Positions 41,259-51,628 of a stretch of DNA of 64,000 bases are shown here, piece after piece. Source of the DNA: an uncultured Chloroflexia bacterium (lineage in GTDB: Bacteria; Chloroflexota; UBA6077; JACCZL01); contig CAVXYC010000021.1 in NCBI GenBank assembly GCA_963765765.1, positions 1 to 64,000 on the forward strand. Direction: 5' to 3'. Under the pieces are notes generated by a model. It was not told the DNA's origin. It saw only the letters and a list, made by a program, of their open reading frames with translations, and searched no databases. A program made the position numbers and the translations under genes. How positions within the stretch are numbered: position 1 is the stretch's first letter; each line of letters starts with the position of its first letter.

Positions 41259-42773
41259 ATGCTGGAATCCGCGATGGCTGCGCTGGGACATCTCGCCAGC
41301 CCGATGACGTTTCTGGCGCTTACTGCCGGTGTGCTCATCGGAATGGTGAGTGGCGCGATGCCTGGCGGTGGAGTCCCAGGCCTTGTGATCCTCCTCGGCT
41401 TTGCGTATCACATGGACCCGTGGATCGCGATTCCGCTGGCCATTGGGATGTGGGCCACTGTACCCACCACCGACACCATTCCGGCGGTGTTGCTCGGAAT
41501 CCCCGGCTCTACATCAGGGCAGGCAACGATTCTCGACGGGCACGCTATGGCTCGCAAGGGTCAGGCCGGCGTAGCACTAGCCGCCGCGTACTTTGGCTCA
41601 CTCGTTGGTGGACTACTGGGTGCGCTCTTCCTCGTACTGACACTACCCATCGCGCGACCCTTGGTGAACCAGTTCGGCTCGGCAGAGTTCTTCATCATGG
41701 GGCTCGTCACGATCGCCGTTGTAGGCGTGCTCAGCAGCGGCGCGGTCTATAAGGGCCTTGCCGCCGGAGCACTCGGTCTGCTCATCTCTACGATCGGCTT
41801 CGACACGATCAATGGCGTTCCGAGAGCGACATTCGGCCAAGCGTTCCTCTTCGATGGCATCCCGCTTGTTCCGATGATCGTGGGCCTGTTTGCCATTCCG
41901 GAGCTCATCGATCTCGTAATCAATGATACCCCGATTGCTCGTCAGCGGTTCGAATCGTTGCTTGCCGATACGAACAAAGGTCGCCGCGAAGGGATCATGG
42001 CCGTCATCCACAATTGGGGCGTCGTGGTGCAATCCACGATCATCGGGATCATCATTGGCGTGATGCCCGGCATCGGTGGGTCGCTTGCGAACTGGCTGAC
42101 GTACGCTCAGGCTCGCCAGACGGTGAAGGATGGCATCCGGACCTTTGGTACTGGCGATGTGCGCGGCGTCATCGCTCCCGAGACGGCGAACAATGCCGTG
42201 GACGGTGGCGACTTGCTTCCCACGCTCGGCTTTGGCGTTCCAGGAAGCGTCGGCATGGCGCTGTTTATGGGCTTTTTGATCATCCTCGGTTACCAGCCCG
42301 GTCCGCCCATGATTAATAACAACATGGACGTGCTGCTGGGGATCGCGTTCAGTCTGGCCATTGCCAATGTGATGGCCACTGGTCTGGGGCTGCTTTTCAC
42401 GCCGCAAATCGCGCGCGTGGCTCTGGTGCGTCCGAATGTTCTGGTACCCATTGTTCTGGCAGTGTTGATGCTTTCGGCATTTCAGGCGAACGCTTCCATG
42501 TGGGACCTCATCCTGGTGCTCATCGCCGCGGCACTGGGCTTCTTTATGAAGACCTATGGTTGGCCACGGCCGCCGATCATCATCGCCATCGTTATGGGAG
42601 ACTTGATCGAAAAGTACTATTTCCTGGCGGCGACGAACTATGGTTGGTCGCTCTTCTCGCGTCCTGCCGTGATCATCATGTTGATCTTCACCGCCGCCAT
42701 GGTGATCTACACATTGCGACTGCAAAGGCAGGCACGCAGGGCGGGGGCTGTTGTAGGAGTGGATGATGACTGA
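41259..42773 (+). CDS. tctA: tripartite tricarboxylate transporter permease TctA
   Basis: GIPG…TILDGH, GVIAPETANNA, PTLGFGVPG; many transmembrane segments. Confidence 0.9.
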   Translation: MLESAMAALGHLASPMTFLALTAGVLIGMVSGAMPGGGVPGLVILLGFAYHMDPWIAIPLAIGMWATVPTTDTIPAVLLGIPGSTSGQATILDGHAMARKGQAGVALAAAYFGSLVGGLLGALFLVLTLPIARPLVNQFGSAEFFIMGLVTIAVVGVLSSGAVYKGLAAGALGLLISTIGFDTINGVPRATFGQAFLFDGIPLVPMIVGLFAIPELIDLVINDTPIARQRFESLLADTNKGRREGIMAVIHNWGVVVQSTIIGIIIGVMPGIGGSLANWLTYAQARQTVKDGIRTFGTGDVRGVIAPETANNAVDGGDLLPTLGFGVPGSVGMALFMGFLIILGYQPGPPMINNNMDVLLGIAFSLAIANVMATGLGLLFTPQIARVALVRPNVLVPIVLAVLMLSAFQANASMWDLILVLIAAALGFFMKTYGWPRPPIIIAIVMGDLIEKYYFLAATNYGWSLFSRPAVIIMLIFTAAMVIYTLRLQRQARRAGAVVGVDDD

Positions 42774-43311
42774 GGGCGCGCCACTCGGCTCCGAGTCAGG
42801 TGGCCGGAGTCTAGGCCAGCGGCTTCGACTTGGACCCAACGGTTTGTTTGCCCTGCTACTTACAATCATCTGCGGCTACTTCGTATGGGCGTCGATGACC
42901 TGGCCATCGGGCGCGGCGCTGATGCCAAGAACCGCGGGCACCTTCGGCCTACTCATGCTCGCCGGCTACGCGTTCAGTAGCATCCGGGGACAAGGTGCCA
43001 ACACCGGGCAAATCCTCGACGTCGGTCGGCTGGAGCACGGAGACACGGACACCGCGGCTGTTCGCGCCCGGACGATTCGCGCGATTGGTAGTCTACTCGC
43101 GCTCGTCTTACTCATCTGGCTGCTTGGATTTCACATAGCGATTCCGACTTTCGTTGGCTTCTACCTGTGGTATTGGGGGAAGGTTGTCTGGTGGCGCGCG
43201 GCCCTCGCCGGAGCAATCTTCCTCGGCATCATCGTGGGGCTTTACGACAACGTGATGCACGTCACGTGGCATACCAGCGTGCTCGATACGCTACTCAATC
43301 GCGGGAACTAG
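42763..43311 (+). CDS. tctB: TctB-family small membrane subunit
   Basis: Four-TM hydrophobic pattern; lies between tctA and tctC. Confidence 0.7.
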   Translation: MMTEGAPLGSESGGRSLGQRLRLGPNGLFALLLTIICGYFVWASMTWPSGAALMPRTAGTFGLLMLAGYAFSSIRGQGANTGQILDVGRLEHGDTDTAAVRARTIRAIGSLLALVLLIWLLGFHIAIPTFVGFYLWYWGKVVWWRAALAGAIFLGIIVGLYDNVMHVTWHTSVLDTLLNRGN

Positions 43312-43371
43312 CGCGGAATACGCGCCCCGCCGCCACAAGAGCTTTTTGTCTTGGAACCGAGGAGGAATGCG

Positions 43372-44645
43372 ATGCGATGGATTGTTTCAGGGTCTCGGAC
43401 GCGGCGTTTGACCTGGCGTTCGCCACTGGTGTGGGCGCTGGGGGCAACGCTTGCCCTGGCGGCGTGCCAACCCGCGCCCGCGGCGTCTCCGACGGCTGCG
43501 CCAAGCAAGCCGGCCGCGCCGGCCGCTGCCGGGCGGGCAGTCCGATCCGCTGCCGCGAGCCCCGCCGCCCCATCGGGCAGTCCGGCCGCGAAGCCGGCCG
43601 CGTCACCCGCTGCTGCTGCCGCGGCTGCCCCGGCGCAACAGCCGATCGTTGACCCCGAGGCGGAGCGCTTCTTCTCGGGCAAGACCATCACCTTCTCCAT
43701 CGGCTATGCACCAGGCGGCGGCTCCGACCTGCAGGCGCGGCTCCTGGCAGCGATTCTTCCGCGATATATTCCGGGCAGCCCTCAGGTGGTGGTGACAAAC
43801 GTTCCCGGCGCGGACTCACTGGTGAATGCTCAGCAGACAATACGCAAGACACCCAACGGGCTCGAATGGGGCCACTTCAGCTCGGGAATGATCCTTCAGG
43901 CGGCCACGGGTAAGCAGTTCGAGGGCTTCGATCCCATGGAACCGATCTATTTAGGAATGGTGGACGGCGGTGGCAATCCGAGTCAACTGTGCGGCCGCAC
44001 TGATGTAGTGCCGGACCTTGATTCATTTATGAAGAGCACGCGCAAGTTCCGCATTAGCTGAGACGTCACCGGCCAGCAACCCGGCTCCCGTCATGGAATG
44101 GATGAAGATGGTCGGCATGCCCGTTGAGACGGTCTACGGCTACGGCGGCACATCCGAGCTCCGAGCGGCATTCGACCGCAAGGAGACCGAGATCAGCAAT
44201 CGCTGCAACATCGGACATTCAGGTGTTCCCGCAGTGGTTCGAGACCGACTTTGCGCGGCCGCTCCTGTACTGGGGCAAGGAGCCGCCGGAAGGCGGTAAG
44301 AAGCTCATGGCAGAGGGCAAGATTCCCTGGTACAAGAACCTTCTTGGATGTTGCGACGAACGCAACGCCCAATCAGAAGGCCGGGTTTCGAGACTTATCG
44401 GGGCTCAACGGCGTGCACGTGCACATCCTGCCGCCAAGAACGCCTGAAAACACCGTTCGCGTGCTCAAGGCCGCCTACAGTGCCGCGCTTACAGCGATCC
44501 TGAGCTCAAGGCAGGCCTTGAGCAGCGAGGCCAGGAGCACAACCCGCTCGACGGCGATGATATCCGTAAGCGCGTTGACGCGTTTGCCGCTTCCAACAAG
44601 GAAGTTGTTGAGGTAGTTGGGAAGATGGTTCAAGGCGGGAACTAG
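43372..44645 (+). CDS. tctC: TctC/Bug-family substrate-binding lipoprotein (several frameshifts)
   Basis: LAAC lipobox, SPAAKPAASP linker, PGGGSDLQAR, VTNVPGA; continues in other frames (GYGGTSELRAAFDRKE). Confidence 0.75.
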
Positions 44646-44657
44646 GTCCTCAGCTCC

Positions 44658-44714
44658 CAGAGGTCCATCTGTCCCCTAGGTCACATGTGACTTATGGGAC
44701 AGATGGGACCTCTG
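44658..44714. terminator. long hairpin between convergent genes
   Basis: CAGAGGTCCATCTGTCCCCTAGGTCACATGTGACTTATGGGACAGATGGGACCTCTG. Confidence 0.65.
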
Positions 44715-44734
44715 AATCAGGCGCCGCTACAGGT

Positions 44735-45918
44735 CTACCGTCGGCACCTGGTGCTGTAGCGTGATCTCACGATGCTCGCGGCCTGATTGCAGCATGGCGA
44801 AGCAGACTTCCATGGTGGCTTTTGCCCAGCGGCCATCATGGGCCACCGGACGGTTTTCTGTGACCGCGTAGTACATCTCATCCAGCACGGCGCCTCGGCC
44901 CTGTAACGCCGCGGAACGGGTCGGGCGGAACCAGGCGCATGCCGTTTGTCGTCATACGCCAGTACTCCGTCTGGCGCTAGCCGCAGGTCCGCGTTCTGGC
45001 AGCTCACCAGGAACACGCCTAGCTCACCCTGGAGCAACGAGCCGCCCTCGCGTCCGCGCGCCACGGAATGCTCACCGCCGTATCCTGTGTCCACGCGCAT
45101 GGCGACCTCGTCGTCGACACTAGTAACTGATTGCAGCGCCCGCCTTGCCGAGCCGTAAGCCTCTGGGCGCTTTTGGCGCGCGGCCGCTGGCGATCTCGCC
45201 CGGAATCGATCCGATCGTACCCGCTGTAGGTCAGTGTGGCTACCGCGCCGCTCTCGAACTCGAGGAACGCCGTATAGGCGCCTTCGGTTGGGCGATTCGG
45301 ATCGAGTATCCATGTGTTGGCGCGCACAGATCTCGCAATGCCCCCGGCCAGAAATCGGGAGGCGTCTACCTGGTGTGGCACCTGATTGTACATGATGCCG
45401 CCGCCTTGCTCGGTGATGAGCTCCTCGGGACGGCGGGGCCGATAGAGGAAGTCGGTATACGCCGTGGCGCTGATCATTGCCACAGGGCCAGTTTCACCAT
45501 CGACAATCATGCGCCGCATCCGCGCTACGAGCGGGTTGAAGCTGGCAGTGTGGCCCACGATCAATTTGAGGCCGGCGTTTTCGGTGGCGGCGATCATCCG
45601 ATCGCACTCTTCGAGCGTGAGCGCCATCGGCTTTTCGACGATCACGTGCTTGCCTCGAGAGGCGGCGATCTCCACGTGGTCCGCGTGAAACTGGTGCGGT
45701 GTGGCGATGTAGACCACGTCTACTTCGGGGCTGGCGCAAATGCCTTCGACGCTGTCAAAAGCAATGCCGCCAAAGTCCTCTTTGAATCGCTCTCGATGCG
45801 CTTCGTACAGGTCAGCCGCCGCCGAAACATGGATGTCAGGGTGTTTAGCCATCGCGGTGATCATGCTTGAGCCGGCTCGCCCGAGTCCGATCACGCCGAT
45901 GCGGAGAACGGTAGACAT
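44735..45918 (-). CDS. Gfo/Idh/MocA oxidoreductase, phthalate 4,5-cis-dihydrodiol dehydrogenase (OphB)-like; frameshifted C-terminus
   Basis: GVIGLGRAG, EKPM, YTDFLYRPRRPEEL, NQVPHQVD; C-terminal HDGRWAKATMEVC in a shifted frame. Confidence 0.8.
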
Positions 45919-46154
45919 GGGGTGTCCTAAGTTGGGATTCGAGATCGGAGCCAGTATAGCCAGATCCGCCAGTGAGCACGCCCTTGGACCGCGGAGATAT
46001 TTGCCGCTTCTCGCGAGGTTGGAAGCCATCCTTCGTGTCGCTCCGCTCGGTGGGAAGCGGCGGAGAGCGCAGCGCTCCCAGGCCTTCTCCTCCGGACAGT
46101 ATCATTCAGACAAATCAGCGCATCATCCATGTAGCTTTCACATCAGGAGGACCC

Positions 46155-47477
46155 ATGCTCAGCCGAGAGAACAATGAGCTCATGACCAGGGTTGGCGTCG
46201 GAACGCCGATGGGCGAGCTCATGAGGCAGTATTGGCTACCCGTGCTCTTCGATTGGGAGCTGGCGGAGCGGGACGGCACGCCCGTTCGTGTACGCCTGCT
46301 TGGCGAGGACTTGATCGCCTTCCGGGATAGCGAAGGTGAGCTCGGCCTGGTGGCGACCAATTGTCCACATCGGGGCGCTTCAATGTTCTTCGGACGCAAT
46401 GAAGAATCTGGGCTGCGATGCGTCTATCACGGCTGGAAGTTCGATACTTCGGGGGCCTGCGTGGACATGCCAAACGAGCCGCCGGAGTCCAACTTCAAGA
46501 ACAAGGTCAAGATCAAGGCTTACCCGCTTGCAGAGAAGGGTGGTGTCATCTGGGCGTACATGGGCTCAGAGACGCCCGCGCCGCCGTTGCCTGGCTTTGA
46601 GTGGATGGACCTTCCCGCGGAGCACCGCATCGGGTCCAAGCGCGTCCAGGAAACCAACTGGCTGCAGGGCATGGAAGGCGACATCGATCAAAGCCACGTT
46701 TCATTCACCCATAGCTTCCTCGATCCCACCGATCAGGCCAACATCAGCCGCGGACGCGTAGCGCTGATTCGGCATCTCGATCGGCACCCCAAGTTTGAGG
46801 TTATCGACACGGACTATGGCGTATGCGTTGGCTCTGGCCGCATTGCCAGTGATACGGAGAAGTACTGGCGCGTCACGCAATACCTGATGCCGAATCACAC
46901 TATGACCGGCCCGTACGGCGATGACCCGATGCTGAACTGGCGAGCGTGGGTGCCGATCGATGACGTGAACGTCTTCGTCATAGGCATGAACTTCCATCCG
47001 CTTCGTGCGTTGACAGATGAGGAGCTCGAGCGCTTCAGGACCAAGTCTGGCGTGTGGACCATCAGCCCGCATATGCGTAAGCCGGCGACCTCGGAGCCGT
47101 ATGGCGCATGGCGTGTGATTCCGAATCTCGGGAACGATTTTTTGATCGATCGTGAGATCCAGAAGACGAAAACCTACTCGGGAATCTCCGAGTTCTGGGC
47201 GCAGGACGCTGGTCCCCAATACGGGATGGGCGTTGTCTGCGATCGCCCAAAGGAGCATCTGGGCACCTCAGACCTAGGCATCATTGCCACGCGACGAAGG
47301 CTTATGGGCGCGGTCAAGGAGCTGCAGGAAAATGGCGTGACTCCGCCTGGTGTTCACGAGCCCGATGTCTACAAGCAAAGACCGGCCGCGGTCATCATCC
47401 CCGCGAGCGAGTCCTGGTTCGAGGCTACCAGGGAGCATCGCGCCGCACGGCCAGGAGTCAACCTGCCCGCGGTCTAG
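46155..47477 (+). CDS. Rieske oxygenase alpha subunit (phthalate 4,5-dioxygenase OphA2-like)
   Basis: AGGAGG RBS; CPHRGASM…CVYHGW, EGDIDQSHVSFTH, EHLGTSD. Confidence 0.92.
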   Translation: MLSRENNELMTRVGVGTPMGELMRQYWLPVLFDWELAERDGTPVRVRLLGEDLIAFRDSEGELGLVATNCPHRGASMFFGRNEESGLRCVYHGWKFDTSGACVDMPNEPPESNFKNKVKIKAYPLAEKGGVIWAYMGSETPAPPLPGFEWMDLPAEHRIGSKRVQETNWLQGMEGDIDQSHVSFTHSFLDPTDQANISRGRVALIRHLDRHPKFEVIDTDYGVCVGSGRIASDTEKYWRVTQYLMPNHTMTGPYGDDPMLNWRAWVPIDDVNVFVIGMNFHPLRALTDEELERFRTKSGVWTISPHMRKPATSEPYGAWRVIPNLGNDFLIDREIQKTKTYSGISEFWAQDAGPQYGMGVVCDRPKEHLGTSDLGIIATRRRLMGAVKELQENGVTPPGVHEPDVYKQRPAAVIIPASESWFEATREHRAARPGVNLPAV

Positions 47478-47484
47478 CGTCATT

Positions 47485-47566
47485 CGGTGGGACAGGCGTC
47501 TCTGCCTGTCCACTAGAGCGAATCCGCTGGTCGCACACGGGACAGGCAAAGACGCCTGTCCCACCG
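47485..47566. repeat. REP-like inverted pair (GGGACAGGC…GCCTGTCC)
   Basis: GGTGGGACAGGCGTCTCTGCCTGTCC … GGGACAGGCAAAGACGCCTGTCCCACC. Confidence 0.75.
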
Positions 47567-47616
47567 ACGGGTCGCTGGCCTTGTAGAATTGCCCCGCACG
47601 AGTTGGGGAGATTGGC

Positions 47617-48657
47617 ATGGCCAGCGAGAACGGAAAGCGCCTGAAGTTCGGCATTCAAGTCTGCGATCAGCATCCGCAGAGCGATGATGCGGTTGCTCGG
47701 TTCGATGAGCTGATCGAGCAGATTCGGTTTGCAAAAGACCTCGGCTTCGATACGATCGTGGCCGCCCAGCACTATCTCTCACAGCCGCACCAGATGCTGC
47801 AGCCTATTCCACTGCTGGGGCGCCTGGCTGCTGAGACCGGCGACATGCGCCTGGCCACATGCATTCTTCTGCTGCCGCTTTTGAATCCGGTCGACATCGC
47901 GGAGCAGCTTGCAACGCTTGACATCATCACCCACGGTCGGTTGGCCATTGGGGTTGGACTGGGTTACCGCGACGAGGAGTTTGACGCGTTCGGAGTACCG
48001 CGCGGCGAGCGAGCCCGTCGGCTCGAGGACAATCTGGATCTCATGCGTCGGCTGCTGGACGGGGAATCGGTCACGTTCGAAAGCTCATACTGCAAGCTCA
48101 ACGAGCAATCGCTGGCGCTCCGACCTGTGCAGCGCCCCCACCCCGATATCTGGCTCGGCGCAAACAGCGATTCCGCCGTACGTCGTACCGCGCGCATGGC
48201 TGATACCTGGGTGCTCAATCCGCACGCCAGGCTTGACACGCTTCAACGGCAGATCGATGAGGTCTACCGCCCGGCGCTCCAGGAATTTGGGAAGTCCTTC
48301 CCGAAAGAGCTGCCGATGCGCCGGGAGCTGTACGTGGGAGTGGACCGCAATGCCGCGTTACGCGAGGCTGGACCGTGGCTCTTTCCCAAGTATCAGACTT
48401 ATGCCGCCTGGGGGCAGGATTCAGCACTTCCGGAAGGCGATGACTTTTCGGGCGAGTTCGAGGAGCTTCTCAAGGATCGGTTCATCCTGGGATCACCGGA
48501 CGAGTGCATCCAGGAGATAGAACGATACCGAGATGCGCTGGGAATCACCGAGCTGCTCGTTCGGATCCAATGGCCTGGAATGCCGCAATTGCAGGCCATG
48601 AAGAATCTGGAGATGGTAGGCAAGACGCTGGTGGAGCACTACAGCAAACACGAGTGA
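47617..48657 (+). CDS. LLM class flavin-dependent oxidoreductase
   Basis: QHYL, NPVDIAEQLATLD…GRL.IGVGLGYR..EF, PVQRPHPDIW. Confidence 0.9.
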   Translation: MASENGKRLKFGIQVCDQHPQSDDAVARFDELIEQIRFAKDLGFDTIVAAQHYLSQPHQMLQPIPLLGRLAAETGDMRLATCILLLPLLNPVDIAEQLATLDIITHGRLAIGVGLGYRDEEFDAFGVPRGERARRLEDNLDLMRRLLDGESVTFESSYCKLNEQSLALRPVQRPHPDIWLGANSDSAVRRTARMADTWVLNPHARLDTLQRQIDEVYRPALQEFGKSFPKELPMRRELYVGVDRNAALREAGPWLFPKYQTYAAWGQDSALPEGDDFSGEFEELLKDRFILGSPDECIQEIERYRDALGITELLVRIQWPGMPQLQAMKNLEMVGKTLVEHYSKHE

Positions 48658-48711
48658 TGAGTAACTTCTGACGGTCTTACTCATCACTCATCAGTGACAG
48701 GAGGGGCACCA

Positions 48712-49506
48712 ATGCCAGATATCGATCTCATTCTCGAGGGCTGGAGCGTCGGCATGGACCAGGGAAATGCCGCGTTCTGCGGCGTGACACTTATCCGAGG
48801 CGCAACGAAGAACATCCTCGTCGACGTCGCTCACGTTGGCCGCCGCTCGCTCCTGGTAGACAACCTGGCGAAGGCCGGGCTTACTCCCGCGGACATCGAC
48901 ACGGTGGTGTTGACGCACAGCCATTGGGACCACATTTTGAACGCCGATGTTTTCAAGAACGCGGAATTCCTCCTCCATCCCAATGAGATCGAATACGCAA
49001 AGGCGCCTCATCCGCATGACTGGGCGACGCCTGATTACACCTGGTCCATTCTGGAGCGCTGCAACATTCGCGAGGTGCGTGAGGGCGACCAGGTGGACGA
49101 GGGCATCAGCGTCATACTCACGCCCGGTCACACTCGCGGCTCCATTTCTCTGGTGGTGGATCAGCCTGACGGCTCGATTGCTGTCTGCGGTGATGCGCTG
49201 CCCAACGCCGCGACCGCGTTGGCGGGATGCCCATATCTGATCTTCTGGGATGAGGAGGACGCTCGCACGAGCGCCCGCAAGATTCTCGACGCCGCTCAGG
49301 TCCTGTACCCCGGGCACGATCGACCCTTCCGCATCGCCGACGGGAAGGTAAGCTACATCTCGGCGCCGAGCCGGATCACTGTGACCGCGGGCCTCGACCC
49401 AATGGGCCTCCCGGTTTCCGTCACATTGGCACCGGGCGCACCCAGAGCAATGCAGGTGGAGGGACTCGCCCTCGAGCGCCGCGCCGCTCGACAGGCGAAG
49501 GCCTGA
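48712..49506 (+). CDS. MBL-fold metallo-hydrolase
   Basis: THSHWDH, TPGHT, GDA, PGHD. Confidence 0.9.
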   Translation: MPDIDLILEGWSVGMDQGNAAFCGVTLIRGATKNILVDVAHVGRRSLLVDNLAKAGLTPADIDTVVLTHSHWDHILNADVFKNAEFLLHPNEIEYAKAPHPHDWATPDYTWSILERCNIREVREGDQVDEGISVILTPGHTRGSISLVVDQPDGSIAVCGDALPNAATALAGCPYLIFWDEEDARTSARKILDAAQVLYPGHDRPFRIADGKVSYISAPSRITVTAGLDPMGLPVSVTLAPGAPRAMQVEGLALERRAARQAKA

Positions 49507-49529
49507 ATCCAAAAGGAACTAGATAATCC

Positions 49530-50426
49530 ATGACTGAGATGAAACAGACATCGCGGCAGCTTATCGGTGACCCAGGCCTTCCGTCTGCCCAACGGCTGGC
49601 AGGCAAGGTGGCCATCATCAGCGGAGCCGGCAATCGCCCGTTTGAAGGCGAGCCGAACATCATCGGAAACGGGAAGGCGATCTCAATCACCTTCGCCCGA
49701 GAGGGCGCGAAGGTCGTGCTGGTGGACCAGCGGACGGATTGGGCCGAGGAGACTCAGAGCATTATCAAGGAAGAAGGCGGTGAGTCTCTCATTATCGGGG
49801 CGGACGTCACCAAGCCTGATGATTGCGCCGCGGCTGCGCGTCAAGCCTTAGACGCTTTCGGCCACATCGACATCCTTGTGAACGTAGTCGGAGTCACTGG
49901 ACCCGTTGGCAACGCGATGGAGCTAGACCCCGTTGGCTGGGATGACGCCATGAGGATCAACGTGGCCTCCATGATGCTGATGGCCAAGTACTCCTTGCCG
50001 TCAATGATCGAATCCGGCAACGGCTCGATCATCAATATCTCGTCCGTTTCGGGCCTCATCGGTGGTCACCCGAGTCTTCTCTATCCAACGTCTAAGGCCG
50101 CCATCATCGGGCTCACTCGAGGTATGGCCGCGCACCACGGCCGCCAGGGCGTACGCGTCAATGCCATTGCTCCGGGCACGGTCTACACACCGATGGTGGC
50201 CTCGCGCGGGGTCACGCCCGAGCTGCGCACTGCGCGTCGGAAAGGCACGCTTCTGGAGACGGAGGGCTACGCCTGGGACGTGGCCAATGCCGCCGCGTTT
50301 CTGGCGAGCGACGCCGCTCGGTGGATTACCAACGTAGTTCTGCCAGTGGATGCTGGAGCTAGCGCCACACGGCTCGCACCGCTGGCACCGCGGTCAGACG
50401 GTACGCCGGAGAATCCTGGAGGCTAA
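49530..50426 (+). CDS. SDR family oxidoreductase
   Basis: IISGAG…IGNG, YPTSK, RVNAIAPG, VDAG. Confidence 0.9.
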   Translation: MTEMKQTSRQLIGDPGLPSAQRLAGKVAIISGAGNRPFEGEPNIIGNGKAISITFAREGAKVVLVDQRTDWAEETQSIIKEEGGESLIIGADVTKPDDCAAAARQALDAFGHIDILVNVVGVTGPVGNAMELDPVGWDDAMRINVASMMLMAKYSLPSMIESGNGSIINISSVSGLIGGHPSLLYPTSKAAIIGLTRGMAAHHGRQGVRVNAIAPGTVYTPMVASRGVTPELRTARRKGTLLETEGYAWDVANAAAFLASDAARWITNVVLPVDAGASATRLAPLAPRSDGTPENPGG

Positions 50427-50434
50427 GCCACACA

Positions 50435-50491
50435 TAACCCCCGGCTCCCTCACCCAACCTCTCTCCCAAAGGGCGAGGGAGCCGGGGGTTA
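50435..50491. repeat. REP-like palindrome (CCCTC…CCCAAAGGG…GAGGG family)
   Basis: TAACCCCCGGCTCCCTCACCCAACCTCTCTCCCAAAGGGCGAGGGAGCCGGGGGTTA; the core CCCAAAGGGCGAGGGAG also occurs at about 15118. Confidence 0.65.
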
Positions 50492-51523
50492 GCGCGCTCC
50501 GGCAGCAGCCGTGAGCTTTGGTGCCAGCGCATCTATCATGCGCTCAATATCGGCTCGGCCACGAGGATATGCCACAGTCACTACGCGCGTGCAGCCGGCA
50601 TCGAAGTACTTCTGTAGGCCGTTCCACACGTCATCGGCTGAGCCTGCGTTCATGATTTGAGTCACCAGGGCTTCGCTGGCCTCTCGCTCTGCCTGTTCCC
50701 GCTTGCCCTCCTGAATGAGACTGTGTAAGTAGCGGGTTTCCTCGTGATACTCACGGGCCAGGATGTCGAGCATCCCGAGCCCTCGGCGGATTCGGAAGAT
50801 AAAGGTCTGGCGTGCTTGATTGATTGCTTCCTCACGATCGTCGGATACGCAGCACGTGACCAATGCGGTCACTTCCAGCTCCTCGGGTTCCCTCCCTGCG
50901 TCCTTGGCCGCCGAACAAAACCGGTCTACCACCGTGTTCCGCACGTAGTCCGCGGTTACTACGTTCAGGATGATTCCGTCGGCGACTTCGCCGGCTAGCT
51001 TCGTCATCTGCGGGCGCGTGGCGGCGATATGGATAGGAACGGAGCGTCGCACCGGCTCGAAGTGGAGCTGCGTGTCCACGCCAGGGAAGAATCGGCCGTC
51101 GTGCGTGAAGGCGTCGCCGGTAAGCTGTTTCTTCAAGAATTGAACGTATTCGCGCAAGCGGGCCACCGGAGCCTCGATCGGCATGCCGTGGCTGAGGTCA
51201 TTCCAGGGGTGGTGCCCCGTGCTGATCCCAAGAATCGCCCGACCGCTCGACAGCTCGTCCAGTGTGGCGATGGCCATGCCAAGCTGGTAGGCGGAGCGGG
51301 TGTAGCAATTGACGATGGCCGTGCCAAGCTTGATGCGGCTGGTTCGCTGAGATGCCGCGGACATGAGCCCCAGCGAGTCATAGCCGATGTCCTCGTTCGT
51401 CCAGAAACTTTCATAACCGGCACGCTCGGATGCCTCAGCGAGATCCATATAGTCCAGGCTGTTGAGTCCATACTCGCGGCCTTCGTGCTTGATGTCGATC
51501 CCAACGGTTCTGGTTGGCGGCAT
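50489..51523 (-). CDS. LLM class (possibly F420-dependent) oxidoreductase
   Basis: TSRIKLGTAIVN, TLDELSSGRAILG, LAGEVADG. Confidence 0.88.
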   Translation of the reverse strand: MPPTRTVGIDIKHEGREYGLNSLDYMDLAEASERAGYESFWTNEDIGYDSLGLMSAASQRTSRIKLGTAIVNCYTRSAYQLGMAIATLDELSSGRAILGISTGHHPWNDLSHGMPIEAPVARLREYVQFLKKQLTGDAFTHDGRFFPGVDTQLHFEPVRRSVPIHIAATRPQMTKLAGEVADGIILNVVTADYVRNTVVDRFCSAAKDAGREPEELEVTALVTCCVSDDREEAINQARQTFIFRIRRGLGMLDILAREYHEETRYLHSLIQEGKREQAEREASEALVTQIMNAGSADDVWNGLQKYFDAGCTRVVTVAYPRGRADIERMIDALAPKLTAAAGAR

Positions 51524-51628
51524 GGTTGCGACTCCATTCCGAGGCATTCTCTGGCGGGTTAGTGTCCAGCCTAAGCTGGCAAGTATTTCTTGGGGAGCTG
51601 GGGTGGGGTGTCCCCTTCGAGAGCGTCA

